Shown here: piece by piece, positions 1-35,695 of the stretch
How the letters are laid out: each line of letters begins with the position of its first letter
Numbering within the stretch: the first letter of the stretch is position 1
Assembly (NCBI GenBank): GCA_963693365.1
Contig: CAVNZM010000002.1
Coordinates: 16,525,615-16,589,614, forward strand
Direction: 5' to 3'
Source of the DNA: Amoebidium appalachense
Lineage: Eukaryota; Protista; Ichthyosporea
Length of the DNA: 64,000 bases
Notes under the pieces: generated by a model
Databases searched by the model: none
What the model was told of the DNA's origin: nothing
Seen by the model: the letters and a program-made list of their open reading frames with translations, nothing else
Translations under genes and position numbers: made by a program

Positions 1-123
1 GGGATGGGGGGGTCTATGGGCAGGCAGGGAGGCAACCAGCAGCAGCTGACATTCAACCAGGCACTGAATTTGCTGAATCAGCAGGGGGGTCCCATGAACA
101 TGAACACTTTCAACATGCAGTGA
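1..123 (+). CDS. 3' end of an unidentified gene; Q/N/M/G-rich low-complexity C-terminus (GMGGSMGRQGGNQQQLTFNQALNLLNQQGGPMNMNTFNMQ*)
   Basis: Frame 1 is open from the window edge to TGA at 121-123, with protein-like composition, followed by AT-rich/low-complexity sequence. Confidence 0.5.
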   Translation, partial: GMGGSMGRQGGNQQQLTFNQALNLLNQQGGPMNMNTFNMQ

Positions 124-756
124 GTGGAAGAAAAAAATAAAAATAAAAATAAAAATAAAAAAAAAGGGGGGGGGGGGGGGGGGAGGGGAGGGGGGAGGGG
201 GTATATAGGGAAATATGATGGATTGTTGCTATGCATGTGAGGGTTAATGTGATTTTAGAGTGTGTGAAGTGTGCACCATCTGGTTGGGTAGAAAGCACAC
301 ACGTGTTAGTTCGATGCAGATACACACACAGGCACACACGGGCAAACACACGGGTAGACGTTCAAATGTAGTTGTACTCGTGCATTTACCCAAGGACATA
401 TCGGTACTGATGTATACTTTTTTTTTTTTTTGCTAGGCAGCTAATTTTGTTAGGTGTTTTTCTTTCTTTTTTATTCAGTTGGTGTGGTTGGGTTCTTGAA
501 GCGGCGATGTATTGTAGAAACGGTATGAGTTCGAACGGCGGTCGCATGCCCATGATATTGGTTGCTCACATTTTATCTTATTTTCTTTTCTCCTCTGGTT
601 TTTTTACGCCCAAATCGTTTTTACTAGTATGTATTTTGTATTTTCTTTAACTAATTTGTTTGATTGCTTGCTATGAGCATCTTGCTCTGTGTATCTATTT
701 ATTTTCCCAACGATGATTCCTCTTGTTTAAATGGCGCAAAATCGTTCCCGTAACAA

Positions 757-883
757 CCTATTAGTCTGAGATTCCTTGTTTGTGTGGCTATGTATCTCAA
801 TAGTGGTGTGAAAAGTAACTCCTATTATTCTGAGATTCCTTGTTTGTGTGGCTATGTATCTCAATAGTGGTGTGAAAAGTAAT
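757..883. repeat. Near-perfect 64-bp tandem duplication
   Basis: cctatta(g/t)tctgagattccttgtttgtgtggctatgtatctcaatagtggtgtgaaaagtaa occurs at 757 and 821. Confidence 0.9.
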
Positions 884-2329
884 TCGGTGTGTGTATATGG
901 TTGGGTTGAGGGGTTTGTCGGTGCCTACACAATGCAAGTCACAATCCGAACATAATCTCATTTGCCCCATGGTTTATCCATGATCGTATGTACTGTCCAT
1001 AGCATTTACACCGACATATTCACAATAGGTTCTATGAAAATTGCCTGGTTCGCAACATAGCCTCGAGTCCTAGCAGATTTCTTTAATATGCATGCAATAT
1101 GGGAGACAGTGGTGTCCTGAGCATCTTTAAATTGACATTATAGCTGTGTTACTGGATGGTATGTAGTGCGCTGGAGACAGTTCATACCCGGTGGGTGTAT
1201 CTGAGAGAAAAGTAAATACATGGTGAGGTAGCTAAAAGTGTTTCCTTTCTTTCCCCCCCCCCCCCCCCCCCCCCCCCCCCAAAAAGCACGCAAACACCTA
1301 CTCACCACCACCCCAAAGCCAACCCACCCCACGTGCACCCACGTGCACCCACGTGCATGTGCGCTCCCCCATATCCACCACCACAAAAGGCACCCAGTCG
1401 GCCCACCCATTGGCAACTGGGCCCACCCCCCACACACGTACACAAAATTAATACGTCCACATGCACACACGCAAGCATGCACATGCGCCTGCGTGCACAC
1501 GGAACATGTAGTACTACACACGCCCAATCACATACATGTGTACACATGGGGGGGAGATCTAGCACAGCTGCACACACACAGGCTCACAGCTGCAGTGTTG
1601 CACACACTGGCAGACACATTCACACTGATCCACAAAACTTTACGTATGCCTGTGTGTGCATGCGTGCGTGCTTGTGCAACACAGGTACAGACACTGCAGA
1701 GTCTGACAGGCATACAGCTGCAGTGCATACGCGCACCAAACACACAGGTACGTATGCAAAAACGATTGCTATACGTATCACAACCAACTGCTGGGTCCCG
1801 GAGCCCACAAACAGCACACAAAGCTATGAATAAAACAACAAGTAGTGAGCATATTTACTCGTTGACTCTTGAAAATCGATTCTTAAATTACATTTGTGCT
1901 GCAAACATATCACGGCATGTGCAGGTTATTAATCGGGTGTCCCTCCTACCGAAACCAAATAATCGATGCACGATGGCAATGCATGCATGCACCCAACAGA
2001 TAGGCAGTCGGGTCATGCTGAAGGTGATTTCGGCCCCGGTGCTTGTGTGCATGAGTAGTGCAAACTACCAACACTTTATTGGGAGCCATTTGGCTACGTA
2101 TAAATCCTCACTAATGCTAGCTAGGGTGCTATCCGTTTGTTGGACTGATAGTATGCAAAAACCGAGCAAATATCGAGGTGAGCAACCTGGGCACCCAAGA
2201 ATAAGCTAGATGGAATCCCCCGTAATGGCATCTTGCACCAAAAAGGCACTGACAACGGACATGGTGAAAGGTATTAGAAAGGCCATGTAAAAACAAAAAA
2301 AAACGGCCGCCTAAATTCTAATGAGCCAA

Positions 2330-7709
<5,380 letters not shown>

Positions 7710-7809
7710 TCCGGTGCTCTTGAATCGGAACAGTGATGAAGGTAAACAAGAGAGAAAGAGCGGTGCCCCTCATTTTGTTGTTGTTGTTGCATTCCTCAAG
7801 AACAATCTA

Positions 7810-7950
7810 ATTATTTGATTGGTGAAACACCTCTACCTGATTGAATATATGTCATTCCAGATCGTTGCCAGTTAAGATTTAGCCATATATGGTGTGTTTG
7901 CTTTGTGCCTCTAACCATATATGGGCTTATGTGGTACTGTGAGCCAATCG
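7810..7950. promoter_or_regulatory. Likely bidirectional promoter between pip and the TBC gene, with two CArG boxes and CCAAT boxes
   Basis: CCATATATGG at 7883-7892 and 7915-7924; ATTGG at 7818-7822; CCAAT at 7944-7948; lies between divergent ATGs at 7709 (-) and 8558 (+). Confidence 0.5.
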
Positions 7951-8557
7951 TTTGCCTCCTACTGTTTGCCAGACTGTTGTGTCGTCATTCGAGTCAACTC
8001 CAAAGACTTCAACTTAGTTTCCACTCATAGTGGAACACACCAATAACAGAACTCGCGGAACTCAACTCATAGACTAGGTTAGGCTGAAACAGCTACACGT
8101 ACCTTATAGGCCGTTACACTCTGTGCTGTGCTGCAGAAATATACTGGGTAAACGCACACAATCGTGAGGTTGATGTGCCAGACTGCATGCGATCAGCCCA
8201 TTCCGATCGCCGGTCACCGTAGTCGTCCCTAATATTAGGTTGTGCTTTTGTGCTTTTTCTCCAGGGGGTTTATTCTTGCTTGCACTCTGTCGATATAAAC
8301 AAACATCATATATAGAGAGCTCCAAAATAAATCAGTAAAGAACTCAAACACAAATCTGCCTTTATTGCCAGTGTGTGTTCCCCCCGGTTCCCAATCATTC
8401 ACTAGATATCTGCACTGCACGGACAATTAGCACATCCAACAATCCTCAGGACGAAATCTTTGTAAATATTTTAGCCCTCCAGTGGGAAGGCACAAAACAC
8501 GTTTTTTTGTTAAGTTCTCATCAATTTTTCTGCGCTGCGTGCACATCTACAAAGAGA

Positions 8558-18245
<9,688 letters not shown>

Positions 18246-18878
18246 CTATTGGCTGAAAGTCATTCGCAAGAAAGAAATACAAAAGTGGATCTGCCAGCGC
18301 CATAAACTGATTTGATGCGGTTGGGTTTGATAAATTATTCCGCTTATGTGGTGCTTTATGATAGTTTGTATTTATGCAAATGCAACGATTGCATTGAAGT
18401 AGAAGCCTCGTTTGGAGGTCTCTCTAGTGTACACTAGCACAAACGTTTGCGAAAGCTTGAAATGGAATGTTGCCCGTTAATGATTGATGTACCAGGAATT
18501 GCTTCTTTGTTAAACATCCCCACATCCTTTACCTATAAACCTCAGGCTGGCAAATGCGTACGGTTGGAAGTATGAAGCAGATATGCTCTATGCAGATGAT
18601 ACAATATTATGTGATGGCATTGCATGGCATTCACAGTATAAGCTATATGACTAAACTGTAGTACAATTCATGATGCACCGATGACAAAGGTTATTAATTG
18701 GTAATTGAGTCGCATCATTCCGATGAATGTAGGAGTTGTTGAAAAGCTTCTGAAAAAGTAGAGATTTCCACACGTGTGACGCATGATTACACATGCGGCC
18801 GTATGGCAGATAAGATATATATCGATGGCATATTGGGTGTCAATTTCAAGTCTCGAACTGCAAGGAGGCACAGATGTT

Positions 18879-18914
<36 letters not shown>

Positions 18915-18927
18915 TGAGTGTGAGTGA

Positions 18928-18960
<33 letters not shown>

Positions 18961-19665
18961 CTAGTGTGTGTGTGTGTGTGTGTGTGTTTACACTTTACGC
19001 AGTGCATCTAGTTCCGCCACTCTACATACAGTCTACTGCATACATGTGTACATTGCTAGCGTTTGTGTGACCTTACAAATACCGTCTCGTGCATGTACGC
19101 ATGCTTACGTGTACGTGCGTGCGCACGTGTGCCCACTATTCAGAACCGTGAGCGCTTCGTGAAATTGTTTTCGCTGTTTTTATTCGATTTGTCCTCCACA
19201 TGGGTATCACCACCATTCACGGTTTTGTGCACATATGTGCCGGGTTACTGCAGCTACTGTAGGTACACACAAATATTTACTTGTGCGCCATAAGGCATTG
19301 CATGTGTCAAGAAGGAACGATACATGTGCATGTGGATTGCTGAGCAGTACGCGGGTAAGAAAGAAGGTAAACATTACGTATAGTGCGTGGTACACCCATC
19401 TGATTTCCATTCAGGGTACTCGAGACAGACCGGAACCCGAAGAAGAAAGAAATACAAGAGAATTTTTTGATACAGAAGAGGGTATTTGCGCGCGCACATG
19501 CGCCCACTCATCTCGTACATACTGGGTAACAGATGTCAGCCATTACCCGTGCAAAACCATATGTTGTTCGACAATTCGCGTTCGGGATTCTCATTCGTTT
19601 ATATTTAGGCCTTCCGTCTACTCCTACACGTGTACACAATTTCACATGTGCCCAGCCTCACACAA

Positions 19666-19707
<42 letters not shown>

Positions 19708-19734
19708 CACCATACACACGGGCGCAGCCATAAA

Positions 19735-27252
<7,518 letters not shown>

Positions 27253-30200
27253 CGGACTGAAGCGTTTTTCTGCCAAGGAAAAAAAACACGTATTAACAGC
27301 ACACTCCAGCGGCTCAGCTTACTGAGAATAGACGGACATAATGGAGAGATGGCGAATAGTTGAGAGTTAGCACTCAACAAGCAAGACTCTGATCATGCCC
27401 GTTCTGCTACCTATGGCCCACAAAGAAAAGAAAGGGTAAAGCTTGAAATCGGCCAACACGGTTAGCAGCACATGGTCAGAAATCAGGCACTATCTCATAT
27501 ATTTAAGGTTGAAGAGCACAAAAGCAATATCATGTGTTCCTGAAACAAAAGCAGAAACAGAAGCAAAAGCACACGGAACATTCCCCCAAACAATAATTGA
27601 CCGCCACCATGCAGTTGAAAGCAAGGGGAATTGAAGTCACCCATAAGTGTTTAGTTTGTTGATAGCCCAGCAGCCCCAGCAGCATCACTCATAGCAGCGT
27701 GACTGTCAAAACTTGATTTTTCCCCCTTGAACAGAAAAACCATCAGCAAGACACAAGAATCGTGACAAACCACCCTATAGAATATGCAACTTAATTTGCT
27801 ATAATGATGACCGAAGAGCACTGCTGCAGTCCCAAAGTAACTGAGCGTTCAGGTATCCCAAACGGTGCCACGTTCCTCGCCCATTCACACTTCATACAAA
27901 TGATGTAACACCGAACACAACCCACACCTGTGCCTCGCAAAAGCCTTCTGTCTCCATATACAAATAAACAACTAAGAAACAGCAACGACCAGCTTGGGTG
28001 TAGACAACTCACCTTCGCAGTACTGCCTTCAATAATCTCTCAAAATTTCCTCACAAGAAAAATGAGTGCTTCACCTTTTTAAGCAGCTCAGAGTTCCGTT
28101 TCGAACGTAATTGGGCAAAAGCTTGGAACCTGCGAGAACTGTTGATGTTTTGCTTGGTCCTCTTTAGGCCACTGATGTCTTCTTTCCATAGAGCGGCCTG
28201 GCTTAAGTTAGCCTACATGCCAGTACGTGCAGAAAAATGTTAGGAAGTACAACTGAAACAATAACAAGAAAGAAACAGCGGTAGAATACAGGGGAGGTGT
28301 GTTGGTGGGCGAACACGGGTTAATGAAAAACAATAAAGTGGTAGCCTAGGTTACAGCAGCTCAACAAACGATATAGACCAACCGGAAAAGAAAGGGGTAT
28401 AGGGAAGATTTTACATATAAATAACCATCATATCCCTCTCTTCTTCACATGAGGTATATGTATAACTATCGGGGCCGGTAACACTGGAAACAAAACACCG
28501 AAAGTCCGAGGCTTTGTGTGTTGTTTCCTCGCCTTGGAAATGTTTGTGAACACCCACAACACGAAGCCAACCTCGGAAATGTCTATAAAGAATCCTCGGT
28601 TATAGCTTGATAGACCACTCCAACGGTTTTGCGCAACAAAACATTTACAGAGAACTTAGATTTCCTCGAAGATAGCCAAAGCAAGGCGATGTGTAGGTAC
28701 AACATTTTTTTTGCTTTAATCGAGGTGTAACAGAGCACGAGGGAATGCATTGGTGCCATACACGATTTCTAGCCAATCAGCAAATGGCTATGAGCCTGGA
28801 GGAGTCTCCCAGACCCATTTTTGTGAGGGGGTCTTACTTGTCTACAAACTCGCATCCGGAATCAAAAGCCATGATTGCATTCATATAAATTGTGATTAGA
28901 TAAAATTCATCATCTAAATATCTTTTTTTACGGTTTTTGTATATTTTATAGTTTACACTTAACCTTCATGAGCAATATTATTTTAACATGATTGAGCCTT
29001 GTTTTTTAGAACTAAAATTTGACCTCTCCAGCGGACCCCAATCGATTGGACCTTGGGGGACTCTCAGACGCACCTCGGCCAATTCGCGTGAGCTATTCAG
29101 CATCACCGCTAGATGGCTCCGTAAACCTGTCCCAAATGTTGTGGGGTGCAAAGGAATTTGAGCTACCGTTATTTGAGCAGCACCAATAATAGTCGTTTAA
29201 AACTTTTAAAATTTGATTGTTTCAACATTTCAAAACTATAATCCAAATAAATTATCTTCATACTACTTTCAGACTTTAATACAGCATGAGCAAATGGGAA
29301 GCTAACAATGACGAATACGATTGTTTTCAAAACAAGTAAAATTCCGCCGAATAAATCCAGTCAAAAGAAAAATTAACGATTGAGTTGAGCCCCTTGCTAT
29401 CTGGCTCTATTTCCCAAGCTTGAAAGGCTGTGGCACAGCTGGATCCTGAAAGAATGCAAGGGGATTTTGAAAGAGTTGTTTTCCCGGTTATTTGATTTGG
29501 GGTAATGAAGCTTATGTTTTGCACTACTTTCCATTTGGGGCCGAACGGTTTCAAAGTTTGTTCTATCATAATTGCACCCTTTGCTGCCTTAAAAAATAAG
29601 GATCAACTAAATGGGGCGTAATAACTTTATGGGCGAAGGCAATCATAAATCCTCTGGTCTCGGGAAAAACTGGCAAATCGTGAATTTTCGAGTTTAGACA
29701 GGCTTACACTATAATTCGAAGGCGTGAAAAATGGCGCGAAACCGATTCGTCTTGGGCCAATCACTTTATAGCTGAGTCGCCATCCCAGGGATTATCTTGA
29801 ACAAGTCATATCCTGATATTTTCTTACCTTATTTTATATGCCTTTGTGCTTTCCATGGTTTCTCAGTACGAGTGCCATAATGAATGGACTCTGCAGTTTT
29901 TTTGTTTTTTCCCTTCTATATATTATACAGAAAATGCAGATTTTTTTCCTCGAAAGTTTTACCAGCAAGAAGCTGAGAAAAAAATATCCAAATGACGTGA
30001 TTTTCGGAAGGCGGCTGACGGTATCATGCATGACCTAGCTCGGGGAGCTCCTAATCATCACCCCGCATAAAATTTCAAGTGGCAAAACATATAGCCTTAC
30101 ACACAGAACAGACTGAGATGGCTCCGAAATGCAGTTGAGACCGATGGGAATGCGCAGACAATATGTAGCTACTCCTAGATCTGCTGTTCGTCTTGTCCTT

Positions 30201-30583
30201 TCCCCACTGCCCTCCCCCCCCCCCCCCCCCCCCCTTTCCCCGGCCCTCCCCCCTCCCCCCCCCCCTCCCTTAATAAAAAAAAAAACACGCTTACACATGT
30301 ACATCCCGCACAATTCCCCGAACCCCTTAGCTGAGGCTACCCAACACATCATGATATACACATGCCGGCCCCACCCTTCCACCCTGCCCATGGCAGTAAA
30401 GCTGCCTACATTATTAGCATCCAGTCTTAACAAGCTCCCAAGGTGAGATTTTTTTGTTATCAGCTTTAGGCTCGTGATCCTCCGTTTTCCCACTTGGCCT
30501 TGTGTGCTCGGTCTTCCCGTATGGTGGCCAGCTGAGGGAAACAGGGACAGGGGGAGAGGGGGAGAGGGGAGGGGAAGAAGAAA

Positions 30584-30662
<79 letters not shown>

Positions 30663-31073
30663 TAGACGGTTTGAACTCGGAGCCTCAGGGCGCTTCATGT
30701 CCCGGTTTGGGCAGGTGGGTTCCCCTCCACCCACCTACCTGGCTAAGCCCCACCTCTAGGGGGGGGGGGGGGGGGGGGGGAAGGAGGGGGGAGGGGAGGG
30801 AGGTAGGGGAGGGGGTGGTGGTGGGGAAGGGAGGGGGGTGAGTGAGGGGGGGAGGGAAGGCAACTTGGCTTTTGGAACCCTGCAGCTGACTCCCCTACTT
30901 CTCCGCGGGGAAGAGACTCGAAATGGGAGGGGGAGGCCGAGAGGGGAGTGGGGGCGGCACTCCCTTCAACTTCCTCCCAGTCAGCTTTACGTGTTACAGT
31001 ACTCGAGCACATTTCTACAGCTGCTCCGAGAACTCTTGATATATGATATCAGCTACTTGGAGACACACACGTA

Positions 31074-31131
<58 letters not shown>

Positions 31132-33207
31132 CAACTTGGCAAAGCACACCTTTTTTATGGAACTAATATCACGCACACGCAAAAACAGGTTCGCGTGCAC
31201 AAAAACACATACACATAAAACATTATGATTGATGACACGTTCAGACATAAAAAAGACGCATTGATGCACTCGCTCACAGATGCACCGGTACCCACTTTCA
31301 CAGTGCTACTGTCAGACACCCACCACGAAACAGAAAGCCAGGAAGGGAACGGAAGCCGTTGAGTCACCGGCTGTGACACACACACGTACATACACTTATT
31401 CACACAGGCACGGACGTACATGTGATCATGACATAAATACACAACACAACACAATGCAACGTGTGCAAGTACGCTGGGCGCTCGTATGATTACTGCATGC
31501 ACATAAAGCAAATGAAAATGTGTGACCTGCGTGCTTGCTTTTTTTGTAGAACGAATGTACTTTTGGCCTGCTCTACGTGCGAGATTGTGCCAGCCACTTG
31601 CAAATCGTGCACATGTGAACATTGCTTGTAAAATTGTGCCTGGAAGTGATGCAGCACGGCCAAACCCTGTACACCCACGGCCGTGTGCTGCATGTTTCCC
31701 CCCCCCTACCCCCCCCCCCCCCTCCCCCCGTTGCACCCAATTCTGCGCCCACAATGCATAAACGTGCGGTAAAAAAAGTAAAAACGCATCAATACACCAT
31801 ATAGGGGTATTCAATGAACGGTTATAAATTGACTTGGTCGACTCGGCCAAAGTAGTTTTGATCATACGGTGGACAGGCCGCAACAGCACGCACAAGACAT
31901 TCGGATATACGTGCATGTTTCTGGATTCTGGATAACTACAGATATGTAAAACAGCTTAACTTGGGGGTCGTGGGCCTCCCCACCTTCCCACACTACTTTT
32001 TGTACTAGCCCATGGATGGCTGTGCCTCCTTGCCTCCTTCCTTGCTCCAACCTCCACAGCACACACCAACGCCACTCACCTTCGTTTTGTTACAAGTCCT
32101 ATAGAAGTTTGTTTGGCCCATATTATCAGACACAGAAGCTCAAAAGTGTGTTGATTGTGTATGTATGTGTGTACACACTGTGTTGGTTTGTGTCTTGATA
32201 CTTTCGAAGTTCTGGTCCTTGAGAACCATAGAACACGTGCCTTTTATATGCGTGTGCAGTGCACACAGCGCGTCTGAAAATGAGCACGAACGTGTTTCTT
32301 GTCTGCCTGGCGCATACCCACACATACACGTGGATATACCAATGTAGGTGTCTTTGTGTGTGTGTGTGTGATGTTAGTGATGCTTGGATGCACATATGTA
32401 CCCAGAGGGGGGAGGGAGGGGGAAGCGAGGGAACCAGGGTCTTACGAGAGACAAAAAGCAGGAGAGAAAAAGGATGTGTGTGCATGCAACAGTGTGTCTG
32501 CCTTTGCAGGTGTGCACAGCGTATTGTGCGAGTGCGTACACGGGATGCATGTGTCTGACGTGCTAAGTACGTGTGTGCGTGTGTGCAACGCCTTATGTGT
32601 GTGTACGTGATGCCCGTGTGTGCATGCATGTGTTTGGCGTCGCGCAATATTTGAGTGTATCATGTATGCCTGCCTGACAAACTCTTGTGTGACACCCAGT
32701 CGCCCAGCTGCCTGCGTCACCATCTAATTTATTAGCTACCGGCACAGCCAGCACAGAAATTAGCCAGGTCTATCAGTAGGGTCTATGGATTGCTCACAAT
32801 CACCCCATGGCCAGATGTACGGTCCAGCTTTCAGATGATCTGAGCCATGATTGGGATACTATGTGCTATATGCATTTAGATCTAACTACAGTGGAATATC
32901 GATGGATATACCCATAAGGAGATATGATATGAGAATGTGTGCAGAAACGTCAACCACTTCAGATAATACTGCATTTCGTGATATGTATACATGCAAACCA
33001 GAGCTCTTCGTCGGTCAGGAGTTGTTCGAAACGATCCTTCAGAAAGAAAAAAAAGGGGAGACAGTGCATCCAAAAACTCTTGAAATGCGCCGTGAAGAAA
33101 ATTCGCGCTTCGTTCACGTATGATCTATCTCCTACGGACTCTTTCAACGCCCTATAGGTACACACTAATGAAACAGTCAAGCACGGTATACATAAAACTG
33201 GTTGTTC

Positions 33208-33802
33208 TTACTCCGTTTTCTTGGCAACACCGTTGGTGCCGTTCTGTGCAGCAGCAGCAGCCTTCTTCGGCTCTGCCAAACGGCGGAGGCGAGCCTGGTT
33301 GAAGCGGATGAAGAGGAAGAGGAAATAGAGGTAGTTGGCATAGCAGTAGACCTGGGCTGGCGCGTGGCCACCGCACTTGTCGTGACCCTGTGTGGAAAAG
33401 AGAGATGTGTGTGAGCGCCTTGGCCGAAGACGGTGAAAGGTGGCATGGATAAAAAAGTGTCTTGTGAGGCGAAAGTGCAGCAGCAGAGGTGTGTTCGTGA
33501 GATATGTGCGTTGTTGTGTTTGCCAGGATTGACATGGTAGGTTACTTACTCTAGCTCCCCATTACCCCGCTTATGAGGGCAGATTAGCGTAAATTGTGCC
33601 ATCCACAGACAACATCGGTCACACAACTGCCCCCCCCCCCCCCCCCCCCACACACACCCCTCAAAAAAAAAAAAAAAACACCAAACTTAGCCACCAATAA
33701 CCCCCCCTCCCCTACCCCCCCCCCCCGCAAAAAAAAAAAAAAAAACCTCCCAAACTTAGCCACCGATACCACCCTCCCCCTCCCCTCCAAACAGCGAACC
33801 TC

Positions 33803-33833
<31 letters not shown>

Positions 33834-35695
33834 AAAAAAAAATTCCTCGTGCACCAAAAAAGGGAGTGCCTGCACCCACCTGCCAGAAGATGTAGTTAGT
33901 GAAGATGGCGGTGAAGATGCCGAGGTTGAAAACGAACTGCACAATCTGCAGCTTGGTGATGTACTTGCCCACCCAGCGGCTCAGCCCGAAGTACGTCATG
34001 GTGTAGTAGGCGTACATGATCACGTGCACACCGGCATTGGTGATGGGGCCCATCCTGAAGAGACGGCAGCAGTACGTTAGGACGTGCTCGGTGTGTTTGT
34101 GTGTAGAGGGTGGTGCATGTGGCGTCTTGTGTATGTGTGTACATGGCCTGCTAAGCGTGTTCGTAAATGCTTATGGGCAATGGGCAACTCGTACTAGATG
34201 TATGGTACCACGGGTGGGTGAGAGGGGAGAAGAAGGTTGGGTGAAAGGGGGAGAGGAGAAGGGGAGGGGACGGGGGGGGGGGGGGGGGGGGGAGAGTGAA
34301 GTGTCACTGTTGAAAAGGGCCTGAAAGCTGAAAGAGACAGTCAGTGTGTCCCTACAAACTTATGTGTAGAGGAATGGGGGTCCCCACCGATGTTTCAGTG
34401 TGGATGCATGTATGCATGTGCAGGGATATTTGCTTGTAGTATTTGCATTTGGAGAAACAGGCGGGCAAGTGTTTTGTGTGCATGGGGGGACGCCAGGGCG
34501 AGGGGTGGGGGGGTGGGGGGTGTTGTTACCAGGCGGAGGCATAGGGGTAGTGCCAGGCAGCCCAGCAGATGGAGGGGGTGATGAAGTGGTGGAACCAGTG
34601 CAGATAGATGACCTCCTTCTTGTTCAGGATCAGCAGGATGGTGTCGATGTACTCCCAGAACTTGGACAGGTAGAACGCATAGATGTACAGATCCATGCCC
34701 TGTGTGGCCACGGGGCAACGTCAGCTAAGCATAATTCAACATCGCACAGAGCACTTTCAGAGCATGGAACATATTTATCGGATGGTATATGTGACAAGCC
34801 TATGTGCAGACCAGTATAACATCTGCACACGAGCAGATCCCAGGCAGTTCGAGGCTGGCTTTGAAGGCTTTTTACTGGGTGGCAGTTACCATTTACGGGA
34901 GTGGCAGAAGCTGCCTTGGATACTTGAATCTAAACAACACGATACAATAAACTTTATCACGTACCTGCTGGAGCTTCAGCTCAGGATCGCAGATCAGAAG
35001 GTTGGGGTTCCAGTCGTTGGCAGCAAAGTTGATCACAAGGTGGTAGCCGATACCAAGGAACATCCACAGAGAACCTGCACAGTGTCGGTGATCCTGAGCT
35101 TATGTAACGCCCAGAACGTGGCGCTAGTAAAGGGAGTGCTTGTGATCCCGAGTATTTGGCGGGTGCGAGTATTCGGCGCATCAAAAGAGCTGCAACTACA
35201 GATACATAACCATGTGGCCACCCCTACACATCTGCTGCAGTGTTGTCTCGTGAACATCCATGGCCACAAAAGTCCTATGGCAAAGCAGACATGCATAACA
35301 GAGCATGGGTAAGCAACAGGCGGTCTTATGCTTGGTACGGTACGTGCAAGGCTTTCTACAACCCTAACCTTGTGTCTACATTCCTTCACACCCTCAAGCC
35401 CTGGCCGATTAAAACATGTCCAGATCCAGCCGAGATCCTCAACTGAAATAAACAACTACTTATTTCCCGATCCTCGCTGGCCCCAAACTCGGCCGGCCAC
35501 ACTGCTCTTTCCACTCTTCAACTCTGAGAATATACCAGGGAGGCATACCAAGGGTAAGGATGGCGTTGGAGACCATGGCGACAAACTTGAAGTTCATGGC
35601 CTCACGGTTCTTCATAGCGGCCTCGCCACCGAACCGGATGACGAGATACAGGGCGGCCATGGAGGCCAGACCCTGGAAACTCGCCAGAGGCGCAT
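33208..35695 (-). CDS. ELO/GNS1-SUR4 family fatty-acid elongase; 5' exon(s) upstream of 35695 not resolved
   Basis: Exons 35695-35549, 35074-34965, 34699-34530, 34054-33880, 33387-33208. Motifs FYLSKFWEYIDT, LHWFHH, NAGVHVIMYAYY, ITKLQIVQF, and C-terminal KKTE* (KKxx ER-retrieval signal). Confidence 0.92.

Noticed and set aside
1238-2209. 323-aa ORF on +
   Set aside because: Starts in a C homopolymer, has CA-rich stop-poor composition and no recognisable domain; probably a chance ORF downstream of pip
28795-30040. AT-rich, microsatellite-free block as a possible DNA transposon
   Set aside because: Only a weak inverted similarity (28797-28813 versus 29053-29068); no convincing TIR, TSD or ORF
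32735-32770. Weak resemblance of the - strand to the SSU rRNA 515 region (GGCTAA..GTGC..GGTA)
   Set aside because: Too many mismatches in an invariant motif and no flanking rRNA similarity
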